Below are positions 29,006-40,312 of a DNA stretch of 64,000 nucleotides, in pieces. The notes beneath the pieces are model-generated. The model had not been told where the DNA came from. It worked only from the letters and a program-made list of their open reading frames with translations, and made no database searches. Origin of the DNA: an uncultured delta proteobacterium (lineage in GTDB: Bacteria; Myxococcota_A; Polyangia; Polyangiales; JAFGIB01). The stretch is from NCBI GenBank assembly GCA_963778655.1, contig CAVZVA010000003.1, positions 256,001 to 320,000 on the forward strand, read 5' to 3'. A program made the position numbers and the translations under genes. The first letter of the stretch is position 1, and every line of letters starts with the position of its first letter.

Positions 29006-29478
29006 ATGCCCATGGAGGCGCGAAGTGAAACGTCCATTCAGGTGGTGTTCATTTGTCACCGATCTGCCGCTCGGACCGCGGTCGCGCTCGCGGTCGTGCT
29101 GGGGGCGCTCGCGTACGCGGTTGGATGCGGCTCCCACGACCACAGCAAGCCCATCGCGGCTGGCTCGAGCGATCGCGTAGATGGTGGCTCGGGGGCGGTG
29201 GGTGCCGGAGGGGCGATCGGGTTGAGCGGTACGAGCGCAGTTGTTCTGGCGGTGCGGGCGCGAGCGGTGCCGGCACGGACGCAGGACGATCCGCGGCAGG
29301 CAGTGGTGGTGAAGACGCCGGCCGCGCTGCAGCAGGTGCGGGCGGCAGCGGCACCGCCGGCGAGGATGCGGATGCGTCGTCGCCAGCTCGAGCGATCGCT
29401 CTGACGCTGGCGCGCTTCGAGTCGGACCGAGGTCGACGTACGCAACGTGGCCGACTTGCCCCGTACAAGGGGCCGTGA
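29006..29478 (+). pseudogene. Degenerate lipoprotein N-terminus (signal plus Gly/Ala linker)
   Basis: LAYAVGC lipobox; the linker changes frame near 29240 and no domain follows. Confidence 0.4.
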
Positions 29479-29503
29479 TTCATCGCGATTTTCGGTTGGC
29501 GCA

Positions 29504-30634
29504 TTAGGCGGGTGGCGCGGCCAGCGGTAGCGTGAAGAAGAAGCGCGATCCAATCCCGGGCTCCGACTCGACCCAGATCCGACCGCCGTGCTCTTCAACG
29601 ATCTGCTTGCAAATAGCCAGCCCCAAGCCGCTCCCCTCGTATTGCCTCTCCGGTTGCAAGCGGCAAAACCCTTCGAAGATTCGGCACTGGTGCTCGTCGG
29701 CGATCCCAATCCCATCGTCCTGCACGCAGAAGATCGCCTCGCCTTCCCCAAGCTCCGCGTTCACGCGGACGACGTTCGGCCTCTCGGGCCGACGAAACTT
29801 GACCGCGTTGCTGACCAGATTCAGGAACAGCTGATACAGGCGGTCGGGATCCCCTTTGACGCTCGGCAGATCGCCCACGCGCAGGACCGCACCGAGCTTC
29901 GCCAACTGCTGTGCTAGGTCGCCGCTGACCTGCTCGAGCAACGCCCCGCAAGGCACCGACCTGCGCGACGGGGGCCGCTGCAGGCGCGCATAAACAAGCA
30001 GGGAGCTCAGCAGCGAGTCCATGCGGTGGCTGGCGCGAATGGAGCGCTCCAAGTAATCGCGCGACCCCGGATCGAGCTGACCGCCGGCGTCCTCCGCCAG
30101 CGCCCCGAGAAAGCCTCGCATGGCTCGCAGAGGTGCCCTCAAGTCGTGTGATGCGGCGTTGGTAAAATGACGCAAAGCCGTATTTGCCAGCTCGAGCGCC
30201 GCGACGGTCTTCTTGTGCGCCGCGATCTCCTCCATCAGCCTCTTGCGACCGAGATACAGGTCGAGGAATACCTTGACCTTTGCGCGAATCAGGTAGGGGC
30301 TCACCGGTTTCAGCAGGTAGTCCACGGCGCCCGTACCGTAACCACGTAGGACGCTTTCCTCGGTGTAATACTTCGCGGTCAAAAAAATGATCGGAACGTG
30401 CTGTGTCACCGGGTTTCCCCGCGCGTGCCTCGCGACCTCGTAACCGTCCATGTGGGGCATCTGGACGTCGAGAAGCATGACCGCAAAGTCATGCTTCAGC
30501 AGGTGCTTGAGGGCCTCATTCCCTCCGCTGGCGCGCACGATTTCACAACCCATGCCCTCGAGCAGCGCCTCCAATGCAATGAGATTGGCCTCGACGTCAT
30601 CGACCAGGAGAACACTGGGTTTTGTCTCGGCCAT
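29504..30634 (-). CDS. Receiver-histidine kinase hybrid
   Basis: [38 protein letters not shown]. Confidence 0.95.
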   Translation of the reverse strand: MAETKPSVLLVDDVEANLIALEALLEGMGCEIVRASGGNEALKHLLKHDFAVMLLDVQMPHMDGYEVARHARGNPVTQHVPIIFLTAKYYTEESVLRGYGTGAVDYLLKPVSPYLIRAKVKVFLDLYLGRKRLMEEIAAHKKTVAALELANTALRHFTNAASHDLRAPLRAMRGFLGALAEDAGGQLDPGSRDYLERSIRASHRMDSLLSSLLVYARLQRPPSRRSVPCGALLEQVSGDLAQQLAKLGAVLRVGDLPSVKGDPDRLYQLFLNLVSNAVKFRRPERPNVVRVNAELGEGEAIFCVQDDGIGIADEHQCRIFEGFCRLQPERQYEGSGLGLAICKQIVEEHGGRIWVESEPGIGSRFFFTLPLAAPPA

Positions 30635-30648
30635 CGGTCACCTGCGAT

Positions 30649-31485
30649 TCATCGCGTCGCCTCTATGTGGCGGTAGATGCGGTCCTTGACGGAAAACTCC
30701 GCAAATTCCTTAGAAGATCCGCCCCGGGGAAGGCCCTCGCTACGCCCCAGACACAGGAAGCCGCCTGCGCACAGGCTGGCAGCGAACTTGTGCAGAACCT
30801 GATCGCGCAGATCGTGCGCGAAGTAGATCAACACGTTTCGACAGAAGATGACATGCATCTCTCCGAACACGTGGTCGGAGACGAGATCGTGGTGGAAGAA
30901 CAGGATGTTGCGACGGAGTGATTCAATCATCGCAATGCGGTCGTATGCCATCGTGTAGTACCGGGAAAGAACGGACGTACCGCCCGCTTTCTCGTAGTTG
31001 TCGGAGAAGTCGGCGACCTGGTTGGCCTCGTAGACCCCTTGCTTGGCCTGCGCCACGGCTTGCAGGCTCAGGTCGGTCGCATAGATCTGGGCGCGGTCGT
31101 ACAAATCCTCCTCACAAAGCACGATCGCACTCGCGTAAGCCTCCTCACCCGCGGCGCAGCCCGCGTGCCAGATGCGGATCAACGGATACGTGCGCAAGAC
31201 GGGCACGACCTCCGTACGGAAGGTGCGATAGAGCTCGGGGTCGCGAAACATCTCGCTCACATGAATCGTCAAGTCGTGTAGCACTTCGGTGAAGAACGCG
31301 GAGTCATGCACGACGCGATGCTGGAGCTCGCCCAGATGGCCAAGGCCGGACTTCGCAAGCACTGCGATGACCCTTCTCCGCATCGAGGTGGCCGCATAGC
31401 CACGAAGGTCGTAGCCGTAGCGGGCGTAAATCGCCTCGAGGAACAGCCGCAGCTCGATCTCCTCAACTTCGTCCGCGGACGTCAC
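30649..31485 (-). CDS. cheR: CheR-type protein-glutamate O-methyltransferase
   Basis: SEMFRDP, IWHAGCAAGEEAY, IYATD, IFCRNVLIYF; GTG start overlaps the kinase stop. Confidence 0.93.
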   Translation of the reverse strand: MTSADEVEEIELRLFLEAIYARYGYDLRGYAATSMRRRVIAVLAKSGLGHLGELQHRVVHDSAFFTEVLHDLTIHVSEMFRDPELYRTFRTEVVPVLRTYPLIRIWHAGCAAGEEAYASAIVLCEEDLYDRAQIYATDLSLQAVAQAKQGVYEANQVADFSDNYEKAGGTSVLSRYYTMAYDRIAMIESLRRNILFFHHDLVSDHVFGEMHVIFCRNVLIYFAHDLRDQVLHKFAASLCAGGFLCLGRSEGLPRGGSSKEFAEFSVKDRIYRHIEATR

Positions 31486-34400
31486 CGGGTCGATCCTCCG
31501 GTCAGGACGGAACTTAGCATTGCGAGCAGCCGGTCGCCGTCGATAGGCTTGGGCATGTAGTCCGTGGCGCCGGCCTCCAAACACTTGTCGCGATCGCCCT
31601 TCATGGCCTTCGCGGTCAGCGCGATCACCGGTAACTTCTCCAGCCTGGCGTTCTGCCGGATTCGCCGCATCGCCTCGTAGCCGTCCATTTCAGGCATCAT
31701 GATGTCCATCAACACGGCATCCACGTCGGACTGCTTGGCGAGCGCGTCGAGCGCGACACGGCCGGTATCCGCCACCAGGACTTCCGCGCCCTTGGCCCGC
31801 AGCAGAGCGGACAGAGCGTAGACCGTGCGCATGTCGTCATCGACGACGAGGATCGTTCTGCCCGCCAACTTCACTCCGGCGATCGGAATCTGGACCGCGA
31901 CGCTCCCCTTGACATGCACGCCATCCTTGAGGCGCCGAGCGAAGAGCCGCAGCTCGTCCACCAAGCGGGCGGACTCTGGACCGTCCTTGAGCACGACTGC
32001 CTCGGTGTAGGCCTCGAGCCGCTGGGTTTCGGCCTTGCTCAGCGCTCGGCCGGTGTAGACCACCACCGGCGGCATCGCGGCTCCGCGGCGCTCCTGCAGG
32101 ATCTGCAAGAGCTCGAGGCCATCCATATCGGGAAGACCAAGGTCGAGAACGATGCAGCTGAAGCACTCACGCTCGAGCGTCTCTAGGGCCTCGCGCGCGG
32201 TCGAAACTCTACTCGCCCGCATGTCGTGATCGTCGAGTTGGGCGAGGACAGACTCCGCATCGTCGAGGTCGTCTTCCACGATCAGGATTCGACACGTCTG
32301 CTCGCCGGCACGGCGCGCCAGCGACTCGACCACGCGCACCAGCTGCTCGCGTGTGGCTGGCTTGGTCAGGTAGCCGATGGCGCCCATCGACATGCCGCGC
32401 TCGGAGGCGTCGACGGCGGAGACGAAGTGCACTGGAATCGATGCGGTGTCCGGATCGCTGCGAAGAGCCTCCATCACCCTCCAGCCGTCGATGTCGGCGA
32501 GCCTCACGTCGAGAATGATGCCGTCGGGTCTGCGCTCCCTGGCCAGATGCAATCCCACGGCGCCGCCATGCGCCAACAAGCACCCCAGGCCTTGCTCCTC
32601 GATGATCCCGCGCAGCACATCCGCGAAGACCACGTCGTCCTCGATGACTAGCAGCCGCCGTTCGCTCGAAGCCGCGACGCTTCTCACGGAGGCCGGTGCG
32701 GCGAGTGCGTGCGCGCCCGCCGCCCCGCCAGCCTGGTCTGCAACTGGCACCGGTGGCTCGTAGGGCAGATAGCAGGTGAACGTGCTCCCCACGCCGGCGG
32801 TGCTGCGGACCTGCAGCTCACCGCCGAGCAGCGAGGCAAGCTCTCGGGCAATGGTCAAGCCGAGGCCGGTTCCGCCGTAACGGCGGTTCGGGCTTGCGTC
32901 GACCTGCTCGAATGGAACGAATATCCGCTCCTGATGCTCCGCTGAAATGCCGACGCCGCTATCCGAGACGACCAGGGACATCGTGTTCGAGCCGTTGAGA
33001 CCCTCTCTCGAGAAGCGCGCGTCGGGCTCCGGGGTCCCAACGCGCAGCTCGATCCGGCCACGCTCGGTGAACTTCACCGCGTTGCCGAGCAGGTTGTTGA
33101 GTATCTGCTCGGCACGCTGCGCATCGGTGAAAATCGTCGCGGGCAAGCCGGGTTCAACCTCGACCACGAAGTCGAGGCCCTTATCGCGCGCCAGCGGCTC
33201 GAACATCTTGCGCGCGTGTTCCGCGAAATGTTGCGGCGAGACTGGCTCGACCTGCAGCTCCTGCTTGCCGGACTCCACCTTCGCCAAGTCGAGCACCTGG
33301 TTGATCAGCTCCAGCAGGTCTTTGCCGGACCCGTGGATCGTCCTGCAGAACTCCACTTGCTTCTCGGTCAGGTTTCCCGATGTGTTTTCGGCCAGCAGGT
33401 TCGAAAGCAGCAGCAGGCTATTGAGCGGCGTTCGCAGCTCGTGCGACATGTTTGCCAGGAACTGTGTCTTGTACGCGCTCACCCTGCTCAGCTCCACAGC
33501 CTGTTGCTCGAGCCGCTGGCGCGCTTCGCTCAGCTCGGCGTTGTTCCGCTCCAGCGTGTGTCGCTGCTCCTCGAGCTCCGCGGTCTGCCGGCTCAGCTCT
33601 TCGTTGGTGTGCCGTAGCTCTTCCTGTTGCGCTTCCAGCTGTTCGTTGGTGGCGCGCAACTCCTCGTCCTGGCTTGCGAGATGCGCGGCCTGTCGCTGAG
33701 TCTCCGCCAGCAGGTCGCGCAGCGCGGCGCCGGATCGCGCGACTTCGATTTTGGTCGCGAGAGTCTCCCGAATCGCCAGCAAGAGCTCCCCGTGCAGACT
33801 CGACCAGGGCTCGAGGCACGCCAGCTCCAGCACCCCGGTCACGCGGCCGACGTGCATGATGGGCAGCAGCACCAAGGTGCGCGGCGCGGTCTCGCCGAGA
33901 CCAGAGCGAATGCGGAAGTAACCTTCTGGCAGATCGGTGATGACGACGATGTCTTCCTGCCCAGCGGCTTGCCCCACCAGGCCCTCGCCCATGCGGAAGT
34001 GAGCCGCCGCTCCATGTGCTGCGGCCAGCGAGACTGCGGCGTGTTGTCCAAGAAGCTCGAAGCTGCCGTCGTCTCCGAGGTAATACAGCGCCGCGGCGGG
34101 AGCGCGCAGGTAGCCGCACAAGAAGCGCAGGGCACGACCGGCCGCCTCGCTGGGCTGCAGCTCGCCGTCCAGCTCGTGAACCAGGCTCGTGTGGCCGTCC
34201 TTGAGCCAGTCGGCCCTGGCCCGCTCATCGCTCAGGCGCTTCAGATTCTGAGCCATCTGGTTGGCGTGCCGAGCCAACTCCCCAATCTCGTCCCGGCTCG
34301 TGATGTGGATGGAACGGCTGAAGTCGCCATTGCCGAAGCGGCCGAGACCGACCGTCAGCTCATTGAGCGAGCGCAGCACCGTGCGGCTGAAGCCGAGAGT

Positions 34401-34997
34401 GAGCGCCAGCACGAGCGCCAGACAGGCCACGCTGACCAGGAGTCGAATTCGCGTGGCGGCTGCTTCCGCGCTCCGAACTGCCACGAATGAGCGCGCGATC
34501 TCGCGCGGGTCGAACACCGCGACGCGGTGGATGGCGTCGACCGCGCGCGCTTGCTTGCTCTGCATCTCCGCCATCGCCTTGACCAGACCTTCGCCGGTCT
34601 CGCCCGCGATCAACCGGTCCGAGACGTCGTGAGCCGCGCCGTAGTAGTCCTCCACGGCGGCTCGTAGTCTGACGGCGTCGCCCTTGGGCACGGCATTCTG
34701 CGCGCGGTCGAGCCGCTCGATCAGGCCGTCCTTGAGCGCACGCGTTGCTGCCAATAGCTCGGTGTCTTGCGCCGCGACCGCGTCTTGGAAGCCACGCCGA
34801 AGCCGCTCGAACTGACCGTCGAGCGCGGGGCCGAGGGTCAGCTTGGGAACGTAGTGCTCTTGGACCACCTCGAGCTGCCGCGCCACTCGCTGCTCGATCA
34901 GCGTGTTGGTGAGCGTGAGCAGCACGAAAGCGAGAGCGGTTGCCCCCACGATGGCCAGAAGCTTGGCGCGGAAGCTCCAACGCACGGCCGACCTCAT
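31482..34997 (-). CDS. Membrane hybrid sensor kinase (periplasmic-HAMP-GAF-coiled coil-HisKA-HATPase-3x receiver)
   Basis: Two TM helices, DEIGELA, FLANMSHELRTPLN, GGTGLGL, three receiver domains. Confidence 0.95.
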   Translation of the reverse strand: MRSAVRWSFRAKLLAIVGATALAFVLLTLTNTLIEQRVARQLEVVQEHYVPKLTLGPALDGQFERLRRGFQDAVAAQDTELLAATRALKDGLIERLDRAQNAVPKGDAVRLRAAVEDYYGAAHDVSDRLIAGETGEGLVKAMAEMQSKQARAVDAIHRVAVFDPREIARSFVAVRSAEAAATRIRLLVSVACLALVLALTLGFSRTVLRSLNELTVGLGRFGNGDFSRSIHITSRDEIGELARHANQMAQNLKRLSDERARADWLKDGHTSLVHELDGELQPSEAAGRALRFLCGYLRAPAAALYYLGDDGSFELLGQHAAVSLAAAHGAAAHFRMGEGLVGQAAGQEDIVVITDLPEGYFRIRSGLGETAPRTLVLLPIMHVGRVTGVLELACLEPWSSLHGELLLAIRETLATKIEVARSGAALRDLLAETQRQAAHLASQDEELRATNEQLEAQQEELRHTNEELSRQTAELEEQRHTLERNNAELSEARQRLEQQAVELSRVSAYKTQFLANMSHELRTPLNSLLLLSNLLAENTSGNLTEKQVEFCRTIHGSGKDLLELINQVLDLAKVESGKQELQVEPVSPQHFAEHARKMFEPLARDKGLDFVVEVEPGLPATIFTDAQRAEQILNNLLGNAVKFTERGRIELRVGTPEPDARFSREGLNGSNTMSLVVSDSGVGISAEHQERIFVPFEQVDASPNRRYGGTGLGLTIARELASLLGGELQVRSTAGVGSTFTCYLPYEPPVPVADQAGGAAGAHALAAPASVRSVAASSERRLLVIEDDVVFADVLRGIIEEQGLGCLLAHGGAVGLHLARERRPDGIILDVRLADIDGWRVMEALRSDPDTASIPVHFVSAVDASERGMSMGAIGYLTKPATREQLVRVVESLARRAGEQTCRILIVEDDLDDAESVLAQLDDHDMRASRVSTAREALETLERECFSCIVLDLGLPDMDGLELLQILQERRGAAMPPVVVYTGRALSKAETQRLEAYTEAVVLKDGPESARLVDELRLFARRLKDGVHVKGSVAVQIPIAGVKLAGRTILVVDDDMRTVYALSALLRAKGAEVLVADTGRVALDALAKQSDVDAVLMDIMMPEMDGYEAMRRIRQNARLEKLPVIALTAKAMKGDRDKCLEAGATDYMPKPIDGDRLLAMLSSVLTGGSTR

Positions 34998-35431
34998 TTC
35001 ACGGCGACGACCTTGCAGTCGTAGATCTCGGTGCCGGTCGAAACGTATCCGATCGCGCCGGGGTGCTTCAGCACGTATTGGACCACCTCCGCCTCGGAAT
35101 CCAGCTCCGGCGGCGGAACGTCACGCCCAGAGAAGATCTGTTGCTGCCAATAGTTGCGCACGGCGCCCACCGAACGCTTGAGCACGTCTTCGGTGAACTT
35201 GCGACGGACTGCCGAATCGCTGCCGAGGTCCACCGGCAAGATGACCCGTCCGTTACTCCAGCGCGTGGCCTTCTTCAGGAAGGCATCTGCGAGGAACATA
35301 CGCTCCACGGCGCCCACGCGATTGTGCGGATCGACGATCACTCGGTACGCTCCAGGAGTCCCCGCGGTCTGCGCGAAAGCCAGTGCGCAGGGCACGACGA
35401 GGGCCAAGGCTACCGCTTGGATCGCTCGCAT
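34994..35431 (-). CDS. Small periplasmic protein of the PstS-like substrate-binding family
   Basis: Signal peptide MRAIQAVALALVV; YWQQQIFSGR..PP, VVQYVLKHPGAIGYV; stop overlaps the kinase start. Confidence 0.8.
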   Translation of the reverse strand: MRAIQAVALALVVPCALAFAQTAGTPGAYRVIVDPHNRVGAVERMFLADAFLKKATRWSNGRVILPVDLGSDSAVRRKFTEDVLKRSVGAVRNYWQQQIFSGRDVPPPELDSEAEVVQYVLKHPGAIGYVSTGTEIYDCKVVAVK

Positions 35432-35439
35432 TCGGAGCC

Positions 35440-37015
35440 TCAGAAGTAGGCAGTGGTCTTGACCACGAAGAAACCCCAATCTCGTTGCAGCTGCGCGAGT
35501 GGAACGTTGTCGTTGAGCGCCGAGCTCAGCGCCGCCGTTCCGTGCATGTAGTGGCCCTCGAGCTTGACGAGCCAGTGATCGTTGATGTCGAAGCGTAGGG
35601 TGCCGGCCACGTCGTGCTGCACGTGCTGGCGGCCCGAGCGATCGTCGACGTCGGGGAAGAGCAGCGAGTAGTACACGCCGAGCTGGAACCAATCCGCCAC
35701 GCGGTACGCGAGCATTCCGTAGAGGCGCTCGCTCGTGCTGGAGGCCTTCGCCCCGGGCCCTGGGAACAGGGCTGGCTGATCACTCTTTGAGTCGACGTGC
35801 CAGCGGCTGTACTCGGCGGCCATCAGCAGCGCACCGGCTGAGTACTCGACCGACCCGACCCATAGCAAGGCGGGAAGGTTGACCGAGACATCACCTTTGA
35901 AGCTCGCCGGAAGCTTGCCCATCATCTGCAGAGGGGTCCACACCGCCGGGTCGAACAGCAGATCGCTTTCCAGACGAAGCGCCTGCAGGCTGCCTCCTAG
36001 GCGCAGTCCCGGCAAAGGCGGCTCCCACAGCACGCGGCCTCCCGCAACGTATGGCACCTCGAGGGTCTTGACCTGATAGGGGGCGCCGGGCTCCTGAACC
36101 ACGTCGAGGAAGATGGTCCCGCCATAGAGATGGTAGTCGAGCACTCCGATACCGTGGAGATCGACACGCCCGTAGAGCTCGGCTCCCGTCTGCGCGAGCA
36201 GAAAGTCGCGGTTCGAGATAGGGTAGACCGATTGCGGCAGGAACACGGGTACGCGCCCCGAGTCGACGTCGTTGAGCTCGTTGTAGAGCCCGAAGGGGAC
36301 CTTCACGCGACCGGCGCGGATACCCAGCCAATCTCGCCACCGGTAGTCGAGATAGAACCAGTCGAGCTTGGCGGTGTAGTCGCCCGTTCGTCCGAGCTTG
36401 CGGGAGAAGATTCTGTATTCCGGTCCGTAGATCGCCGGTGAGCTGCTTGGTCAAGTTGACGCCCACCTCGGTCAGCTCGAAGCTGCCGCGCTTCGTGTTG
36501 GCGAGGTAGTTGTTGGCGGTGGTGACCATGATCCCTTGGCTGGCAAAGGCATGGATGGCGACCGGCCACCGGGCGAACCAGCTCGAGGATTCCGAGCTGG
36601 GCTCGGCCGCGGGCGTCGCGGCTTCAGCCGGCGTCGCTGGCTGAACGGCGATGGGCTGAGGCTTGACCGTTGCCGACGCCGGGGGGGCCGCGGCGGCGGG
36701 CGTTGGCTGTGCTTGCGGTGCCACACCTGGCGTGGCCGTCGGGCTCGACGCGGGCGAAGGCGCTTCCGCGGCCGTCGTCGGCTCGGGCGTAACCGCCGCT
36801 GAGCCGGGCGAAGGCGCGACGGGCGGCGCGGTCGCCGGCGCAGGTTTCTCTGCCCGCGACGGCGTGACAGCCGTGACGGGCACCGACGATGGCCCGGGCG
36901 CAGCTTGCGCGTGGCACGCGGCAGCCCAGAGCAGCTCACACGCCATTGCGCCCACTCCGATCGCGTTGCGCAACGTCGTGCGTCCAATCAGATCGGCGTA
37001 TCGCCACGCTCGCAC
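35440..37015 (-). CDS. Outer-membrane beta-barrel (porin-like) protein with Pro/Ala-rich N-terminus; +1 frameshift near 36411
   Basis: IHAFASQG; removing one base gives QIFSRKLG...LDWFYLDYRW...RAGRVKVPFGLYNE; ends KTTAYF. Start uncertain (36946 or 37015). Confidence 0.75.
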
Positions 37016-37055
37016 CGCAAGAAGCTTCGTGGAGCACTTGCAACGCTGTCAACGC

Positions 37056-37355
37056 CCTTGTTGATCGCCGGCAAGAGATGGCTGAAGTGGCTAGACAGGG
37101 CTCGGGGCGACGTGGCTCGGGCACCTCGATAGCGCCGTCGCTTGATCCAGCTCGCGTGAGCGTTGAGCCGCTCAGCGAGCGGTTGGCGGGGATTGCCAGC
37201 GAGGCGTTCTCCGCCGTAGCCGGCGTCACCGCGGTCGATGCCATCGTGATGACTTCCGCCACCCAGGGCGGTGACGTTGTGTTTACCTCGGACCTTCACG
37301 ACCTCGAGCACTTGCGGCGACACTTCCCACAAGCGCGACTGTTCCGCATGTGTAG
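37056..37355 (+). pseudogene. PIN-domain toxin remnant
   Basis: VSVEPLSERLA...AVDAIVMTSA..GDVVFTSDLHDLEHL C-terminal PIN-like motif; N-terminus degraded. Confidence 0.55.
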
Positions 37356-37523
37356 GCCTGCGCGACGAACCGGACCGTCCTTATCCCGGACCTTGGCGGG
37401 CCGGGTTAGCGGTTGGCCGCGGGGCCACGGGACGGTGCAGTTGTAAACGCCCGAGCACATGGTCGACAAACGACCGTCTCGCGCCGACGGACGTAACTTC
37501 TACGTCTACTCGGCCAAGGTCGA

Positions 37524-37700
37524 TGCCTTGATGGCACCGTTTTCGGCCGCACTCGTGGCCGTGGTCGCGGCGACGCCGGACGAGGCGCCGCGGCAACTCG
37601 CTGCGGCCAGGCGGATGTGGGCCTGGCTCATCTCACCCAGCGTGCTGGATCTGGCCCGAGCTGCACCCGGCCCAATAGCCCCTTTGAACCGGCTATGCTC
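37524..37700. repeat. 177-bp dispersed direct repeat, copy 1
   Basis: Matches 40313-40489 with one mismatch seen. Confidence 0.95.
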
Positions 37701-38084
37701 GCTCAAGACGCTGTCAGTCGGCAAGGCCGCCGGCTACACGATTCGCGAACTGGGACAAGCTCACGCGCTTCGTCGACGATCCGCGCGTGCCGCTGGACAA
37801 CAACCAGACCGAGCGCGGCATCCGCGGTCCGGTTGTCGGGCGCCGCAACCACTTCGGCAGCAAGTGGCGCCGCGGTACCAAGGTCGCCGCCACGCTGTAC
37901 ACGCTCCTCGAGACCGCCAAGCTGCACGGCGTCGACCCCGCCAAGTACCTGCTCACGACCGTGCGCGCGGCCGACCGTGGCGAGGCGCTCATGCCCTGGG
38001 ACTTCGCGGCCCAGGGCTAAGTCGCCCTGCCGGCCCGTGTGCGCCGCGCGATCTTCGCGGCAACGGGGCAGGGCAGACACTTAC
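37701..38084 (+). mobile_element. IS66-family remnant: TnpC C-terminus and right end
   Basis: NWDKLTRFVDDPRVPLDNNQTERGIR..VVGRRN, ETAKLHGVDP; ends ...CACTTAC, the IS66 GTAA terminus. Confidence 0.9.
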
Positions 38085-38283
38085 ACTCCTCCCGACTCGC
38101 TCGCGACATGACGCCTCCTGTTGGCCGCCAGTGTCGCCACCGAGCGGGGCGCCCAACAGAACGCGGGTCGCCGAACGCATACGGCGCGTGAGTGCGCGAT
38201 CGATAGTTGGCTGGCACACTGCCCGCTCCCCATTCTGCGCAATGGGTCCCTGCGGCGGGATCCTCGTGGCGCCCCGAGCGAAA

Positions 38284-39195
38284 TCAACGTTTCGCGCGAA
38301 TCTTCATGTCGTCGGGACCAACCATGAAGTAGTCGCCGTCCGGGCCAACCCACACGCTCCAGATGAAGTCGCGAGCATTCGCGGCCACCTCCCGCCAGGA
38401 GCGTCCGTCGAAGTGGAGCACCACCCCGCTCCCGGAGTCGCCGGCGCTCAATCCTCCGACCGCAGTTATGTCCGACGGCGAGCGGCCCGAGATACCGAGC
38501 AAGTGGTAGGGCCCCCCGTGATCCACTATCGTCCATGACGCACCATCGTAATGGATGATGACGTATTCGCGATCGCCTTCGCTACCCCCAACCGCATACA
38601 CATCACTCGATGAGCTTCCCCAGACGGCCCTTAGGTCCTCGGAGGTTCCGCTGTCCATGCCGGACCACGTCTCCCCATCGTAGTGCAATACAGTTCCTGA
38701 TGCTCCAACCGCGTAGGCATCCGTTGACGGGCTGACCCACACGCCATATAGATTCGCCGATCCATGTTGCTCCACGGTTGCGGAATCACCACCCAAGTAA
38801 CTCACGATAATACCGTTTTCGCCGACCACGAATACGTTGTCGTTGGAACTGCCGCCAATATCAAAGAACGCGATATCGGTATTGAGCGGAAGTTCCCTCC
38901 ACTTCCCGTTTCGCAGCTGCAGCAGCGCGCGATTGCTTGCCGAAAACACCTCGGACCCAGAAGACCATACGCTCCAAACGTACGAATCTTGGGTCTCGTA
39001 GGACGTTGTCCAGCGGCTACCGTCGTAGTGCCTGATGAAACCCTTGTCCTTACAGCCACATCCGGTTGTGTAACCTGCAACATAGACGTCGTCAGAGCTA
39101 TTCCCGAACACATCGGCATTAACCACAAACGTTGAGTCCGAACATCCGACTAAGGTCGCTACGCAAAGGCAGATGGCCAGAAATCTCAGACCCAT
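38284..39195 (-). CDS. Lipoprotein with repeated VWGSS..DVYAVG beta-propeller-like units
   Basis: Lipobox LVGC; repeats VWGSSSSDVYAVG and HYDG..W; lower GC than the flanks. Confidence 0.8.
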   Translation of the reverse strand: MGLRFLAICLCVATLVGCSDSTFVVNADVFGNSSDDVYVAGYTTGCGCKDKGFIRHYDGSRWTTSYETQDSYVWSVWSSGSEVFSASNRALLQLRNGKWRELPLNTDIAFFDIGGSSNDNVFVVGENGIIVSYLGGDSATVEQHGSANLYGVWVSPSTDAYAVGASGTVLHYDGETWSGMDSGTSEDLRAVWGSSSSDVYAVGGSEGDREYVIIHYDGASWTIVDHGGPYHLLGISGRSPSDITAVGGLSAGDSGSGVVLHFDGRSWREVAANARDFIWSVWVGPDGDYFMVGPDDMKIRAKR

Positions 39196-39637
39196 ATCAT
39201 CGACCTCGATGAGGCGTGCCCCTCCACACAACCACACCGCGGAAGTGTCGGCCACAACGCGCGTCTGTTGTTTTGCCAAGCTTATCACATTGGTCATCGC
39301 TTAGTACCAGACGCGCACTGCGCGGTTTCAGCAGTATTCTCGGACCCCGGCCCGTTGTCTCAAGTACGTTAGCACAAAGGGCCTTCACCCGTTCGCATGA
39401 CCGTCTGCGTTCGGCGAGACTCCCCGCCCGGCTCATGGTCGAACGCTCTTGGCGCAACGAGAACGCAAGTCCCGTCCGGTAACCCATTCTGGCCGGCCGT
39501 TGTACAGTCGTGCGTTGCGCCGCGAAGGCACGCTGAACAGCCCGCTCTTCCATTCCTGCGAACACGGCCGGCCCACGCACCGAAAACATCACTTCTTTAC
39601 AATCACAAGCGAAACGCGATCTCCACGGCCCGCTCAA

Positions 39638-40312
39638 TCACTGCGAACTCTCGTTCGCGCGCGCACCCCCAGCCTTAGGGGCCGCTGGCGCGCCCAGCAA
39701 CATCTCGGCTTCAGGCCACCCACGGTCGGATTCTATGGTCGTCCCCGCCGGCACAATGACCAGTTCAGCAGATCGCATCACTCCGTCGACCGGGTCCACT
39801 GTGCTTCCGGGAGCGCTGCCAGCGATTGTCGAGATCCTTTGCGAAACGCATCCGGCCTGGATCGGTGCATTCGCATCCTTGCGATGGACACCGGCATCAT
39901 AGTAGCCGCATTCAAGACCCTGCTCCATGGTGAGTCCGGCGGGAGAGGAAACCTGTGCCTCGCGGCCTTGAATCTCCGAAATCCCAAGAACGGCCTGATC
40001 TTCATTCGTCGACGAGTACGACGGCCAGTCGTAGCTAAATCCCCATGGGGTTCCATCCATCGTGAAGAATATCGCAACCTTAGAGCCTTGTCCCACTACG
40101 TCCACGCCGTCGACGGTACGAGAGAATATAACGATCGTGCCAACTGTCACCGTAGTTGCAGGCTGTGATCCGTCTGCCGGTTGCGAGCCATCTCGTTCAA
40201 ACAATACCCGGTCCTCGACGAGGGTTTCATTCGGCGCAAGGACGATTAGGTCGCCGAGCGTATTGGCAATAAAGTCCCTTCCCGACGATGCAAGCTGCTC
40301 CGCGGCGGGCTC
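39638..40312 (-). pseudogene. 5'-truncated hypothetical protein, cut at the 177-bp repeat
   Basis: Protein-like sequence (FSRTVDGVDVVGQGSKVAIFF, LECGYYDAG) begins exactly at the repeat boundary. Confidence 0.6.

Noticed and set aside
37459..38538. 359-aa ORF as a real gene (likewise the N-terminal half of 39638-40765)
   Set aside because: It is a chimeric frame running through the 177-bp repeat and IS66 remnant.
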